Source: Hypanus sabinus (Eukaryota). From it: a DNA stretch of 64,000 nt. Shown in pieces: positions 21,301 to 33,900 of the stretch. The stretch lies in the NCBI RefSeq assembly GCF_030144855.1, contig NC_082732.1:21762001-21826000 (forward strand), in the 5' to 3' direction. The translations under genes were made by a program, and so were the position numbers. Within the stretch, counting starts at the first letter, position 1. Each line of letters begins with the position of its first letter. Below the pieces are notes generated by a model. The model had not been told where the DNA came from. It saw only the letters and a program-made list of their open reading frames with translations, and did no database searches.

Positions 21301-23985
21301 GCAGATGCTGGAAATTCAAGCGACAGCACACACAAAATGCTGGTAGAACACAGCAGGCTAGGCAGCATCTATAGGGAGAAGCGCTGTCGACATTTCGGGC
21401 CGAGACCCTTCGTCAGGACTAACCGAAAGGAAAGATAGTAAGAGATTTGAAAGTAGTGGGGAGAGGGGGAAATACGAAATGATAGGAGAAGACCGGAGGG
21501 GGTGGGATGAAGCTAAGAGCTGGAAAAGTGATTGGCAAAAATGATACAGAGCTGGAGAAGGGAAAGGATCATGGGACGGGAGGCCTCAGGAGAAAGAAAG
21601 GGGGGGGGGAGCACCCAGAGGGAGATGGAGAACAGGCAAACAACTAAATATGTCAGGGATGGGGTAAGAAGGGGAGGAGGGGCATTAACGGAAGTTAGAG
21701 AAATCAATGTTCATGCCATCAGGTTGGAGGCTACCCAGCCGTTACATAAGGTGTTGTTCCTCCAACCTGAGTTTGGATTCATTTTGACAATAGAGGAGGC
21801 CATGGATAGACATATCAGAATGGAAATGGGACGTGGAATTAAAATGTGTGGTCACTGGGAGATCCTGCTTTTTCTGGCGGACCGAGTGTAGGTGTTCAGC
21901 GAAACGGTCTCCCAGTCTGCATCAGGTCTCACCAATATATAAAAGGCCACACCAGGAGCAGTATACCACCCCAGCCGACTCACAGGTGAAGTGTCGCCTC
22001 ACCTGGAAGGACTGTCTAGGGCCCTGAATGGTGATGAGGGAGGAAGTGTAAGGGCAGGTGTAGCACTTGTTCCGTTTACAAGAATAAGTGCCAGGAGGGA
22101 GATCGGTGGGAAGGGTTGGAGGGGGGATGAGTGGACAAGGGAGTTGCATAGGGAGCGATCCCTGTGAAAAGCAGAGGGGGGGGGGGAGGGAAAAATGTGT
22201 TTGGTAGTGGGATCCCGTTGGAGGTGGCGGAAGTTACGGAGAATTATATGTTGGACCTGGAGGCTGGTGGTGCGGTAGGTAAGGACAAGGGGAACCCTAT
22301 CCCGAGTGGGGTGGCGGGTGGATGGGGTACTTACTCCAGATACTGAGTTCCATGAACTTTCTGAAATAGTGGTCTGGGCAAAGAACAATTGATCTATTCA
22401 GTAGAACGGAATAATTCTTACAGGATTTAGAAGTCAGGAGAATCTATTGACTAACTTGTGGTATGCCTCTATACATCTTTTTATAGGACCAAGAGCAATG
22501 TTCTACCTTGCAGCAGCCGTGTCGGATTTCTTCATTCCTGCATCAGAGATGCCAGAGCATAAAATTCAGTCGGGTGCTAGCCCTCTGCAGGTGATTTAAG
22601 TGTCTGACTACATCTGGAGTAGTTTTTATTATAAATGGGGAATTCCTACTTTGAAGCATTTTGGAGTAGTTTGTACAGGGAGAGCACCCCGATCTGAAAA
22701 TCCAAAATTGGAAAACCTCCGAAATCCAGTAATTGAGCGCGGTCACAAATGGAAAATTCCACAAAGTGCTGGGTAGGTTCCCAGGTGAAGCGCTGATCTC
22801 TGCACATCGGTTCTGAGAAAGTGACCTCACCTAAGCAATGGACAGAAGTTAATGAAAAATAGAAAATTACTGCTTAAAGTAAAAAATAATACAAATTTCA
22901 ATCATGTATTTGAAACAGATTTGTCAGCGTCAGTGAAAATAATGCCACTTAAAAGGTGTACTGATAATGAAACAAGCAAGGGTCTATCATGATGAACTGA
23001 AAATTGAAGGTATTTGTGAATATTCTATAGGTTGGTTGCAGAAAATTAAGGACAGGCATGGCATTAAATTTTTAAAGTGTCTGCTGATCACAAATCAGCA
23101 GAGAAATTTATTGATTGAAGAACATTGCTGATAAAAATCTAACACCAGAACAAGTCTACGATGCTGATTGTTTATATACCTTACAAAAACATAAGTAAAA
23201 TGCAAATAGTGCACTGTAGACTTTTAATCAAACACGCCATTGTAGGTGGAGACTGAAAGCCTGCCATTATTTGTTGTTGTTCAACAGCTGATTCAGGTAT
23301 TCTCCCGATGCTGTTACCTGCACACATTATATTATTGTTGTTATAATGGTATGGGATTTTTACTGTTAAATACATATGTGATGATCAAGTTTAAGACAGA
23401 CTGATTGCCGGTAGCACTTAAATTTGGAGTCAGAAATGATGGTGATCCCAAGCTGTCTCATTATATATTCTGAAATTCTAAACACTTTTCGGATAAGGGG
23501 TACTCAACCTGTACTAGTTTTCTTTTTCTAATTGGCTTGCCCCATAAATTTGTTAAAGAAATTAAAACTGAAGTGCAATAAACATTCTGTAGGAAAATAT
23601 TAGAATGTAGAAATCATGGTGATTTAACCGTTATTTTTATATTTTGTTTTAGTTAACTATGCAAATGGTACCCAAGATGCTTGCTCCTCTTGTGAAGGAC
23701 TGGGCTCCTCATGCATTTGTCACATCCTTTAAGTTGGAGACTGACTCGTCACAGCTGGTTGCTCGAGCACGTAAAGCTTTAGCAACTTACAGACATCAGG
23801 TGGTTGTTGCCAACATTCTTGAAACGCGGAGGGTGTACGTACTCATAGTCACCGAGAATTCACAAATTGATCTCGCACTTTCAGAGAAGGAAGCGAAGCA
23901 ACATCGAGAAATTGAAGAGAAGATTGTGGAACATTTAAGTGAATGTCAAACTAATTTTATAGAAAAGAACACAAATCCTGAGTAA
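17821..23985 (+). CDS. PPCS: Phosphopantothenate--cysteine ligase (phosphopantothenoylcysteine synthetase), 3 exons, 325 aa
   Basis: join(17821..18361,22487..22590,23653..23985) = 978 nt. Motifs [87 protein letters not shown]. Confidence 0.97.
20047..21145 (-). mobile_element. Non-coding LINE-derived element (5' CAAGATGGCG, Rex1-like 3' tail) interrupted by a solo LTR
   Basis: Minus strand starts CAAGATGGCG at 21145; ends in ..tatactttgatacaaatgaatctttgaacc, like the Rex1 tails in this window; no coherent ORF. Confidence 0.5.
20116..20386. mobile_element. Solo LTR, 271 bp
   Basis: TGTTGTAA...TTACCACA termini; 5-bp TSD AAACC at 20111-20115 and 20387-20391. Confidence 0.75.
21284..22328 (-). 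mobile_element. Penelope-like retroelement, 5'-truncated (GIY-YIG endonuclease region plus terminal repeat)
   Basis: [50 protein letters not shown]; perfect 13-bp TSD ACTTACTCCAGAT at 21271-21283 and 22329-22341. Confidence 0.9.
21386..21419 (-). ncRNA. Minimal type I hammerhead ribozyme motif
   Basis: GUC-CUGACGA-A-GGGUCUCGGCCC-GAAA-U-G-UC-GAC: both catalytic boxes, stem II, GUC cleavage triplet and short stem I present. Confidence 0.65.
22487..22590 (+). CDS. PPCS: PPCS exon 2
   Basis: ttttatag|GA CCA AGA...CTG CAG|gtgatt; [35 protein letters not shown]. Confidence 0.95.
22676..23511 (+). mobile_element. Tigger4/Zombi-like (pogo family) DNA transposon, internally deleted
   Basis: TA flanks at 22674-75 and 23512-13; TIRs caggg.gagcacccc..tctgaaa / tttcggataaggggtactcaacctg; remnant peptides [43 protein letters not shown]. 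Confidence 0.8.
23653..23985 (+). CDS. PPCS: PPCS exon 3 (to stop codon)
   Basis: gttttag|TTA ACT ATG CAA...CCT GAG TAA; AATAAA at 24425-24430. Confidence 0.95.
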   Translation, partial: LTMQMVPKMLAPLVKDWAPHAFVTSFKLETDSSQLVARARKALATYRHQVVVANILETRRVYVLIVTENSQIDLALSEKEAKQHREIEEKIVEHLSECQTNFIEKNTNPE

Positions 23986-24866
23986 GTATTGTATTGGAGA
24001 TGTATAGGGAACAGTTGATAGAATGAACTATTGGAACGATGGAACAAAAGGACAAAATCTTGCAAATGTGAACAAAACCAGCTGGGAGAACTGGTGTTTT
24101 GTTTAATGTTCTTTTTAAATGTACTTAATTTTAGTCTGGATAATTCTAAATCTGAGCAGCAGTCAGGTTTTCGAGCTCCTCCTTGGTCCTGCTAATGCCT
24201 AATTAAAAAGCAACATGGGATCTTATTGCTAAACAGATGGAACTTATTATAACTGAGGAGAGCACAACGTTGCTTTTTTCAGTACAGAAATGCTTCATTG
24301 TCATGGGATAGGAGTAAATCTATCAATACTGTTAATGAGATGTGAACTTCAGAATATTAACCTATCAAATATTTTATAGTTGTAGAGACTGGTGAATACA
24401 ATAGATATCTTAACCCTGATATTAAATAAAGCAAAGATGTACCTAGTTTACTGTCTAACTTCCCTTCTTTGATGATTGTCACGACACACCAACTCAGTTG
24501 TATTAAATATGCACCGTGTACAGATTGGAATTAAAACATTCCTACTCATTCATTGCTATCTTTACTCATTGTTCTGTCTGCAATAGTGGTAAGAATATGT
24601 GTATTAACATATTTCAAGATGCTAGTTCCCATGGAAGAGGGCATATCTATAGTATTGAAGACAATTGTAAAAAAAATCATCCTTGGATGCACAAATAATT
24701 TAATAGCTTGAAATTACATTATCCGCAAGTCCATTCATGGTACATCTGTTTTAGTAAATTTATAAACTGTAAAATACAAAATTCTTTACAAAACTCTAAA
24801 TACTTTAGAGGCAGAGTAGCTGATACATTAATTTCCAAATTGAAGATATTTGATACAGAAGCAAGA

Positions 24867-24956
24867 TCAATGAAGCTTGATGCTCTTCTTAACTCCGGCC
24901 CGGATACCTGACAGCTCACCGCAATATCGCTGTTCCTCTCTGCGGACCTCTCGCAC
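24867..24956 (-). CDS. UTP3: UTP3 exon 16 (to stop codon)
   Basis: VREVRREEQRYCGELSGIRAGVKKSIKLH*; candidate ATTAAA poly(A) signal at 24699-24704 (minus). Confidence 0.96.
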   Translation of the reverse strand: MREVRREEQRYCGELSGIRAGVKKSIKLH

Positions 24957-27900
24957 CTGATAAAAGTGATGTATAAAAAGTTCCATCAATCAAGATCTCA
25001 CCATTGTAAAAAGCATTCTGTGGATTTCTATACCTTTAAATTGGGGGCGGGGGGGGGGGGGAATTCTGAAAAAGTCCTATGCTGACATTCCTTTACCATT
25101 GAAGTCTAATACTTTAGGACATAGTTACAACTTAATTGCAAGAAACATACTAGGTGTAAAATTCAAAGCCATTCACAAATAATGCAGCATCACCAAAAGC
25201 TTCCATGTAGAATTCAGTGTGAAAACTAGACTACCATTTGTTCTCAATAGCAATTTATCACCTATCCCCAATTCTCCTAGGATGGTGGCAAGCTGCTGCC
25301 ATCTGAAAAGGATGTCAGATGTTGGATCCTGAGACAATGAAGGAGACTAGTACTGTGTTTGATTTGAAGAATTACCAAGCATTCCAATGTGGCTATGCCC
25401 TTGCCCTCATAAGTGGTAGAAGCTGTAGCTTGGTGTGTCGAAGACTTGGCAATTTGTTTCCTGATGCAAGTCATTTTGCAGTTCACTAATGATGAACTGT
25501 TTAAGCTAGTGAATGGGAGCTAATCAAGGCAGCTGCTATGAAAGTTGATTGGTGTCACGCCTTTATTCAGATAGGCTTGATTTTCCCCTTACTGTGCTGT
25601 GATGGGTTCTCACCTTAAAATTATTAGTTTTTTCTGAATGAATATTTAAAATAGATCTGTTTAATACTACAGACCCCATTTCCAGAAAAGTTGGAATATT
25701 TTCCAAAATGCAAAAAAAAACAAAAATCTGTGATATGTTAATTCACGTGAACCTTTATTTAACTGACAAAAGTACAAAGAAAAGATTTTCAATAGTGTTA
25801 CTGACCAACTTAATTGTATTTTGTAAATATACACAAATTTAGAATTTGATGGCTGCAACACACTCAACAAAAGTTGGGACAGAGGCATGTTTACCATTGT
25901 GTTACATCACCTTTCCTTTTAATAACACTTATTAATCATTTTGGAACTGAGGATACTAATTGTAGTAGATTTGCAAAAGGAAACTTTGTCCATTCTTGCT
26001 TGATATAAGACTTCAGCTGCACAACAGTTTGTGGTCTCCGTTGTCTGATTCTCCTCTTCATGATGCACCATACATTTTCAATAGTAGGTAGATCTGGACT
26101 GGCAGCAGGCCAGTCAAGCACACACACTCTGTGACTACAAAGCCACGCTGTTGTAGCCCATGCAGAATATGGTCTGGCATTGTCCTGCTGAAATAAGCAT
26201 GGACGCCCCGGGAAGAGACGTTGCCTTGATGGCAACATATGTCTCTCTAAAATCCTAATATACGCCTTGGAGTCAATGGTACCTTCACATACATGCAACT
26301 CACCCATGCCGTGGGCACTAATGCACCCCCATACCATCACAGATGCTGGCTTTTGCATCTTTCGCTGATAACAATCAGGATGGTCGTTTTCATTTTTGGC
26401 ACAGAGAACTTGACACCCGTTTTTTTTTCCTAAAACTAGCTGACCACAGCACACGGCTCCAGTCTTTCGGTCCATCTGAGATGAGCTCGGGCCCAGAGGA
26501 CTCGACAGTGTTTCTGCATAGAAGTTGATGTATGGCTTCCTCCTTGCGTAATTCAGTTTCAAGGTGCATTTCTGGATGCAGCGACGGACTGTGTTAAGTG
26601 ACAATGGTTTTCCGAAGTACTCCCGAGTCCAGGTGGCTATAATTGTCACAGTAGCATGACGGTTTCTTAGGCAGTGCCGCCTGAGGGCTCGAAGATCACA
26701 TGCATTCAACAGTGGTTTCCGACCTTACCCCTTACACACTGAGATGTCTCTGAATTCTCTGAATCTTTTCACAATATTATGTACTGTAGATGTTGAAAGA
26801 CCTAAATTCTCTGCAATCTTGCATTGGGAAATGTTCCTTTTGAACTGACTAACAATTCTCTCATGAATTTTGGCACAAAGGGGTGAGCCACGACCCATCC
26901 TTGCTTGCAAAGACAGGGCCTTTGATGGACGCTACTTTTATACCCAGTCATGATACCTCACCTGCTACCAATTAGCCTGCTTAATGTGGATCTTCCAAAC
27001 CGGTGTTACTTGAATATTCTGTGCACTTTTCAATCTTATTTTAACTCTGTCCCAACTTTTGTTGAGTGTGTTGCAGCCATCAAATTCTAAATTTGTGTAT
27101 ATTTTCAAAATACAATTAAGTTGGTCAATAAAACTATTGAAAATCTTTTCTTTGTACTTTTGTCAGTTAAATAAGGGTTCACGTTAATTAACATCACAGA
27201 TTTTTGTTTATTGCATTTTGGGAAATATCCCAACTTTTCTGGAAATGGGGTTTGTAGATTCTGTTCTATTTTAAAACATTGCACTGTATTGCTTATTGTG
27301 TTTTACACATTTTGACCAACGCTCTCATGGAAATACCAAGGGAGCCATTTCTAGTATTATTCATTTAAGAATATGTGAGGTCTCCTTTTGCTGGTAATTT
27401 AACAACTGAGACACTTAAAATGTTTATTTATTTATTCAGTGATACTGCACAGAATAAGTCCTTCCTGCCTTTTGAGTCACGCTGCCCCAGCAACCTCATA
27501 ACCCCGATTAACAACCTAATCACAGGACAATTTACAATGACCAATTAACCTACCAGGTTAAGTCTTTAGATTGTGGGAGGAAACCGGAGCATCTGAGAAC
27601 CCTCACATTCCACAGGAAGGATTGACAGAGATTTCTTACAGAACGGCACTAGAACTGAACTCCGATCTCCCGAATGCCCTGATCTGTAATAGCATCGCAC
27701 TAAAAGCTATGCTACTGTGGCGCCCAACATTCTGTCTGATGTTTACAGGATATTGATAACCCTAAATCAAAAATAAAATCTTAGCAACTCTTTCACTTAC
27801 CTGACCCTTCCGTCGGATTTTGGCTCGTCTGAATTTCTCTCTGTGCTTGACTCGAGGATTACGATCAATCTTCTTCCTTTTGGGTGTGAGACCCTTATTT

Positions 27901-30900
27901 TTGGCGATCTGTGAATGCCATGCAAAGTTTAGTGAGTAACTGGAGAAAATTATGGCGGGGTTACAATAATTGATCATTATAATTGAATATTCTGTTCGTA
28001 GAAAAAGATATCCAAAACAGTCTCCAGGTAATCAAACCTCAAAATCAAGCTCAAAAGATGGTCAACCTGCAGGCAGAGTGCATTCAGGATATATGTGTGC
28101 GGGCATTCAAGGGGAAGGCAGAGAGTGTGAGTGGAGGAATCTTTAGGGGTATATGCCATACTCAAACTGACACTTAATGCTTGCAGTGTTTCCAGCCTAC
28201 CACTAGGGTAAGGGTTCCAATATTCTGTCAGGAGGAAGGGAAAGATGTTGGACCCTGAGACAATGAAAGAGACAAGTATGATACACTTTCAGTACAAAGA
28301 ATATAGGGCAGCAATTTGAAGTTTTCCAGTCAGACTTTGAGGACTTCAGGAAAGGAAACAAATTTGACATGATTAAAAACATGATACTGCTCAAGTCAGA
28401 GGACTTCTGATTCTAAGGGCACTGGGACCATTTCCTTCACAGAAGTGATCCGTTCAAGATGTATGAACTGCAGCTTAGTAGGTCAGGCCTGCTAGTTTGA
28501 TTTACTAATGAGGCCTTGAAGAGCTTACACAACATTGGCAAGTGCACTGGGAACTAGCATGAAGCAAAAGGAAAAAATATTAAAATATATGTTAATACAT
28601 GATTAATAAGAATAATTTAAAAAGTAAGATTGCAATTATGTCACGCTGAATATTTTAATAGGCCATCTAATGGCAACAGCAGCAAATTGCAAGGAAATCA
28701 AACAGCAGGTGATATTGGGATACTTCAATTACCTAATAATGACTAACAGATATGACATTAAATCAAAATATTTCCACACTGATCAGGAATATGTGGCAAG
28801 TCAAGTGGGACAACATTTTGGAAGCACTGCTCATAACAGAAGAGCACTGGTTTATAGTAAGCTCTTTATCTCAAAGCACAACTTTGAAAGTATGGCCAAA
28901 GTAAAGGGAAACCAACGAACAACAGTGCTTTGTAATGGATCAGTAAGAGACATTTAAAGAGAAACTGTTTTAAGTACAAGCCAGATATGTTTCTACAAAG
29001 GGAAAGGTGTGGGAACCAAGGCCAGAGCTTGGTGAAATCAGCCCAAAACAGACAGCAATTGCAAACCAAAAAAGTGGATGTATGATAAATATTTATGAAT
29101 AATTCCAGAGCGATGCTGAAAATAGTTAACAGAAAGGGAACTTTTAACCAAATAAGCAAGATAAATAATACAAGAACAGAATTGTAGTTAACAGGAAACT
29201 GAAAATTATCTGTAGATTTGTAGAGAAAGATGGGCATTAAGATCAAATTGGTTAGTAAATAATTTCTTTCATGTTGTAAATAAAAACTTAAGCAGCAATA
29301 TGCATGATAGTCTCCAGACGAAAGTGATCAGTGACATTGATGAGTAGGTAAAGACAAAAGTTGATACAGAATCAATTTTATTATGCAGTTTTGATTGGAA
29401 TGCATGTATGCATGTGTTAGTTTGTTCATGCTGACTTGGGATTCGCCACAAACAACCTCATACATAATGATTAGCTTCCAATATCACATTATAAAACAAC
29501 AAAATCCAAGCTAGTATCAACTGCACTCCTCTTTGATAAAGATTAAGGGTAATTTAAAAAAATGAATAGTCAACATCAATATAAACTCATGGAACATGGG
29601 AAATTCTATTAAATGAGATAACCCCTGAATAAAAAGGTTAGAAAACTCCTCTTCATCTCATGTTCTTGATATTTATTTTTTTTTCTTTCTTTTTGTATTT
29701 GCAGAGTTTGTTGTTCTTTCTAGCTTGGTTTTTGTCTGTCCTGTTGAGCGTGGTCTTTCACTGATTCTAATGTGTTTCCCGTTGCCCGCAAGAAAATGAA
29801 TCTCAGGGCTGTATATGATGACATGTACAGTACCATACAAAAATCTTAACATATATGACTAGGGTGCCTAAGACTTTTACACAGTACTGTAGTAATTTTA
29901 TGTATTGTACTTACTGCTGCTACTACTGCAAAAATAACAACGAATTTCATGACAACACACACAAAATGCTGAATGAACTCAGCAGGCCAAGCAGCATCAA
30001 TGGACAAGAGTAACCAGTCAACATTTCGGGCTGATTTCATGATGCATGTGAGTAATGATAAACCTATAAACCTAATTTTGATATGGTCTCTATTGTGGAC
30101 TAAGGGTGGGAAGGTGGGCAGGGAGATGGGAATCATGATTTGGAAAAAGGGGAGAGGGGACGGAGCGGGGAAGCGCAAGAGGGATATTCAGTAATGATCA
30201 ATAAACAAGTTGTTTGGAATCAAATGATCTTGCCTGGTGTTTCAGGACTGTGTGTGTCTGCTCCAGCACCTGCCTCAGCCAGATTAACATCAGCCTCCGC
30301 TCCACATTGACAAATATATTAGACAAAAGTCTTGGGCATCCTAGCTATATATAATAAGACTATTGCTTATTGTAAGACTTACATATAATAAGACTATAAT
30401 AAGACTGTATGTACTTTGATAATATATTTACTTTGAACTAAAGCAGAAAATAGCAAACTATGACAAAGTTAGAAGCAATTCATATACCTGATAAGTGATC
30501 TTTCTCTTTTCATCTGCACCAAGCATTTCCTGTACCGTGGCAGTGCTTTCATTACTGAAAGATAAAACCCAGTGTTAAAGCATCAGGATATAAACATGTC
30601 AGAGTGGAGCTCCACTGCTTAGAGCAGTGGTTCTCTGAGCAATGTGGCCCATATGGCCTCCCAAGGGGCCACAAGTAAGAAACAAGAAACTAAGAGAGAT
30701 AGTTTTTTTTTTAATTTGCAAAAAAAAATCTATTTATTTATTAATTTTTAGAAAATTACAAAGAATAAATGTGGTGATAAATAGTGAGAAAAATAATATT
30801 AACCCTTATCTAAAGAAAGAAAAAAAAGAGCGAAAGATTGCCTGGATATCGGAGGATCCCCACATGTTCCATGGAGTTCAAAATAATTTTAATATTTATT

Positions 30901-33900
30901 TTTACTTACCCCAATTACTTTATCATTTTATCTTCAAAGGACCTATGTATTTAATCCTATCTTTTGTAGAGATGGGAGCCAAATTTTCAAAAATATATCA
31001 TTCCTTTCATTTTCTTAATATATGTTAAAACTCTTTTTCTTTTCACAGGTCCATTAATTCCATTAACATTAAAACTTAAAAAATTAAGTAAATTAATCAT
31101 TCATAATACCTTGGGAACTCTTTAAAATTCTCCTTGTTGCTATGAGTTTCTCCCCAACCATCCAGGCAAAAAAGAAGAAAAATAGAAGAAAGATAACTAA
31201 AATATAAGAAAAAAAACAAAGTACCCCCCCACTAATGTTGCGAATAAAAAGAACACAACATTACCCCCCCCCCCCACATTTTACGAGTCATGGCAATCGT
31301 CATGATTGTACATGTGAAACACGCAGCCATCGATCAGGAGCTCTTCCAGCTCCCCCGCAAAAAAAAAGAAAATATATTAGTGAAGAAAAAAAAATTAATG
31401 TCTCTACTCCCAATTAATACTCCTCAACTATTTTTTTTACAGTCTTCATCATTAGTCCATTTCATTTTAATAATTCTTTACTTCTTCGTGGACATCAGGT
31501 AATTCTTGTACAAATTCCTCTGCTTTCCGGTAGTCAACGAAAAATCTTCTTTCTTCGTTATCCAGGAAAATTTATCAATTTTGCTGGATAGCTCAATAAA
31601 AATTTATAGCCCTTTTCCCATAAAGATTTTTTCACTGATTAAATTCCTTCCGCCTCTTCAGAAGATCGTAACTTATGTCTGGATAATAAAAAACTCTTTT
31701 CCCTCCTATTATCAATGGCCCATTTCTCTTTTTAGCACCTTGAATAGCTGCCTTCAAGATCATTTCTTTATCTTGGTACCTTAAACATTTTATTGAAATT
31801 GATCTTGAATTTTGATCTTGTTGAGGTCTTGGTCTTAAAGCTCTGTGTGCTCTTTCAATTTCAATTACTTGGCTTCCTTTTTTCATTTCTAACATTTTCG
31901 GAATCCATTCTTGAAAGAGTTTTATTGGATTTTCTCCCTCTGTACCTTCCATAAGACCAACAATTTTGATATTATTTTGTCTACTAGAGTTTTCAAGCGC
32001 ATCTATTTTTTCCAACATCCGTTTTCTTTCCATTGTCCAGGCAAGATTATTGTCTTCTATCTTATCTATTCTTTCAGTGTTTTCTTCCACTTTTACTTCC
32101 ATCTCTTTAACTTTATTATCCATCTTCTTTTGTTTTTCCACCACATTATCGAGTTTAGTCTGCATCCTTCTTATAGCTTTTAATTCATAACATATATTAG
32201 AATATCTTTTATGTCTCCTTTAATCTCTTCCTTCTTTTCCTCTTCTTCCTCTGTATTTCCCAAAGAGTTTGATTCCATTTCCGATTCACTTCCAACCGTA
32301 GTTGGGATTTGTAGTTTTGTTAATATCTGTTCATGCATACTTTCGCGCATGCGTTGTTCTTGCCATTTCTTCTTGGAGACTGCCGACATTGCTGCAACTT
32401 CTGGTCCCGCATCATCAGAAGTGCCATGCACTTCGCCGGGAGGAGATCCAACTTGAGTCCAAGGCTTCACTGAGACGGTTAGGCCTTTTTCTCCGCTGAT
32501 TTGCGCAGTCTTTGAAGTAGTAGCTTTCTTCTGTCTCAGTTTAGGAGCCATATCAAAAGATAATCCTGAGCTACTTATAAATAGTTTCTAGTAGATATTT
32601 GTTAACTCTTCTTCATTTAAACCCTATTTCATTACTTTTTACGAGGGAGCTGGATTCCCAACGTCTCGACCCTACGTCATCACTTGACGCCCCCCCCCCG
32701 CGATAGGAGTTTCTGAATGCGCCATGACAAGTTTACTGTCTTAATGAAAAATTACTAAAATACGTAAATTTAAAAAGAGAATTATCTAATTTAACTAAAT
32801 GAAATGAATGGGAAAATACGCTAGATGATGCAAATGAGATAGCCTAGCCTCCCCCCAACTGTATCCACCTCCAAATCACAAATTGCAGACTGGATGGGGC
32901 TATCTATAGCAAGGCCAGTCAGCGAATATGCTGCAGGAGGCCGATTCTGTTTGCCTTCCACTGACCTGTACGTGTTATAATATGTATAAAATGTGGCATG
33001 AAGGCTGCATTTACTGCTGTGGGGTCATCTGCTAAACACAGCCAGTTGGTTTAATTCGATTTCCCGCCTCTTATTTAGTTGAACATGGTTTCAGTCAAAT
33101 TATTAAAAGCACATAATCAAAGGTAATTTTCAATTATCTTTAACCAAGTTGCAATCAGATATTCAGAAACTCACTAGTTGGCCTCCGTCACAAGGATCTC
33201 ACCAAATACCTGAAGTGACTATATTAAGTGGTTTTTCATTTGTGCTTGGAAGAATATTATATAAAGTATACTATTCAGAGCTTTCATTTTCCAAATACAC
33301 TTGTAACATATTTAACATACAATACCTATAGCCTGTTAAAACAAATACTGACTATATATTAGAATAATTAATACAGTTGACCAAAAAACAACTTTAGCAA
33401 CTAAGGGAGGGTGGGGGCCGCACAGGTAAAAGGAAGTCACAAGTGGGGCACACGTAGAAAAAGGTTGAGAACCACCAGTCTACAGCTTTATTTCTTCTAC
33501 CCAGGTACATAAACTTACGCTGTATTCCATCTGTCACTTCTCCCAACCTGTCCAAGTCCTTTTGTAGTCCCTGCTTCCTTGATATTGTCATCCCTTCCAC
33601 TGTCCACAAACTTGGCCATACAGCCTGTGCTGTCTTTACGACAGTTATTTAGTTTATAATATTTTCGCTTAGTAATTCATTCAATAGTATTTTCTAGTTA
33701 GAATTAGGAGTGTTTAAAGTATATTCATTGCATGTAAAATACATCGGCATGCGATGACGTCACATCCGGTTTCGCCGCGTCTTGTGGGAAAATACCGGTT
33801 TGAAATTAGCGCGAGGGTGGGGGCTTTCCACGAGGCTCACCGGAGCAGAAGTTGTTTGCAGGCATGAGAAATCACAGTGAGAGCAACGCTGTAAGTTAAT

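Noticed and set aside
25317-25450. C/D or H/ACA snoRNA call for the duplicated 36-bp motif
   Set aside because: No box C, no convincing H box or two-hairpin fold by eye; left as an unexplained motif
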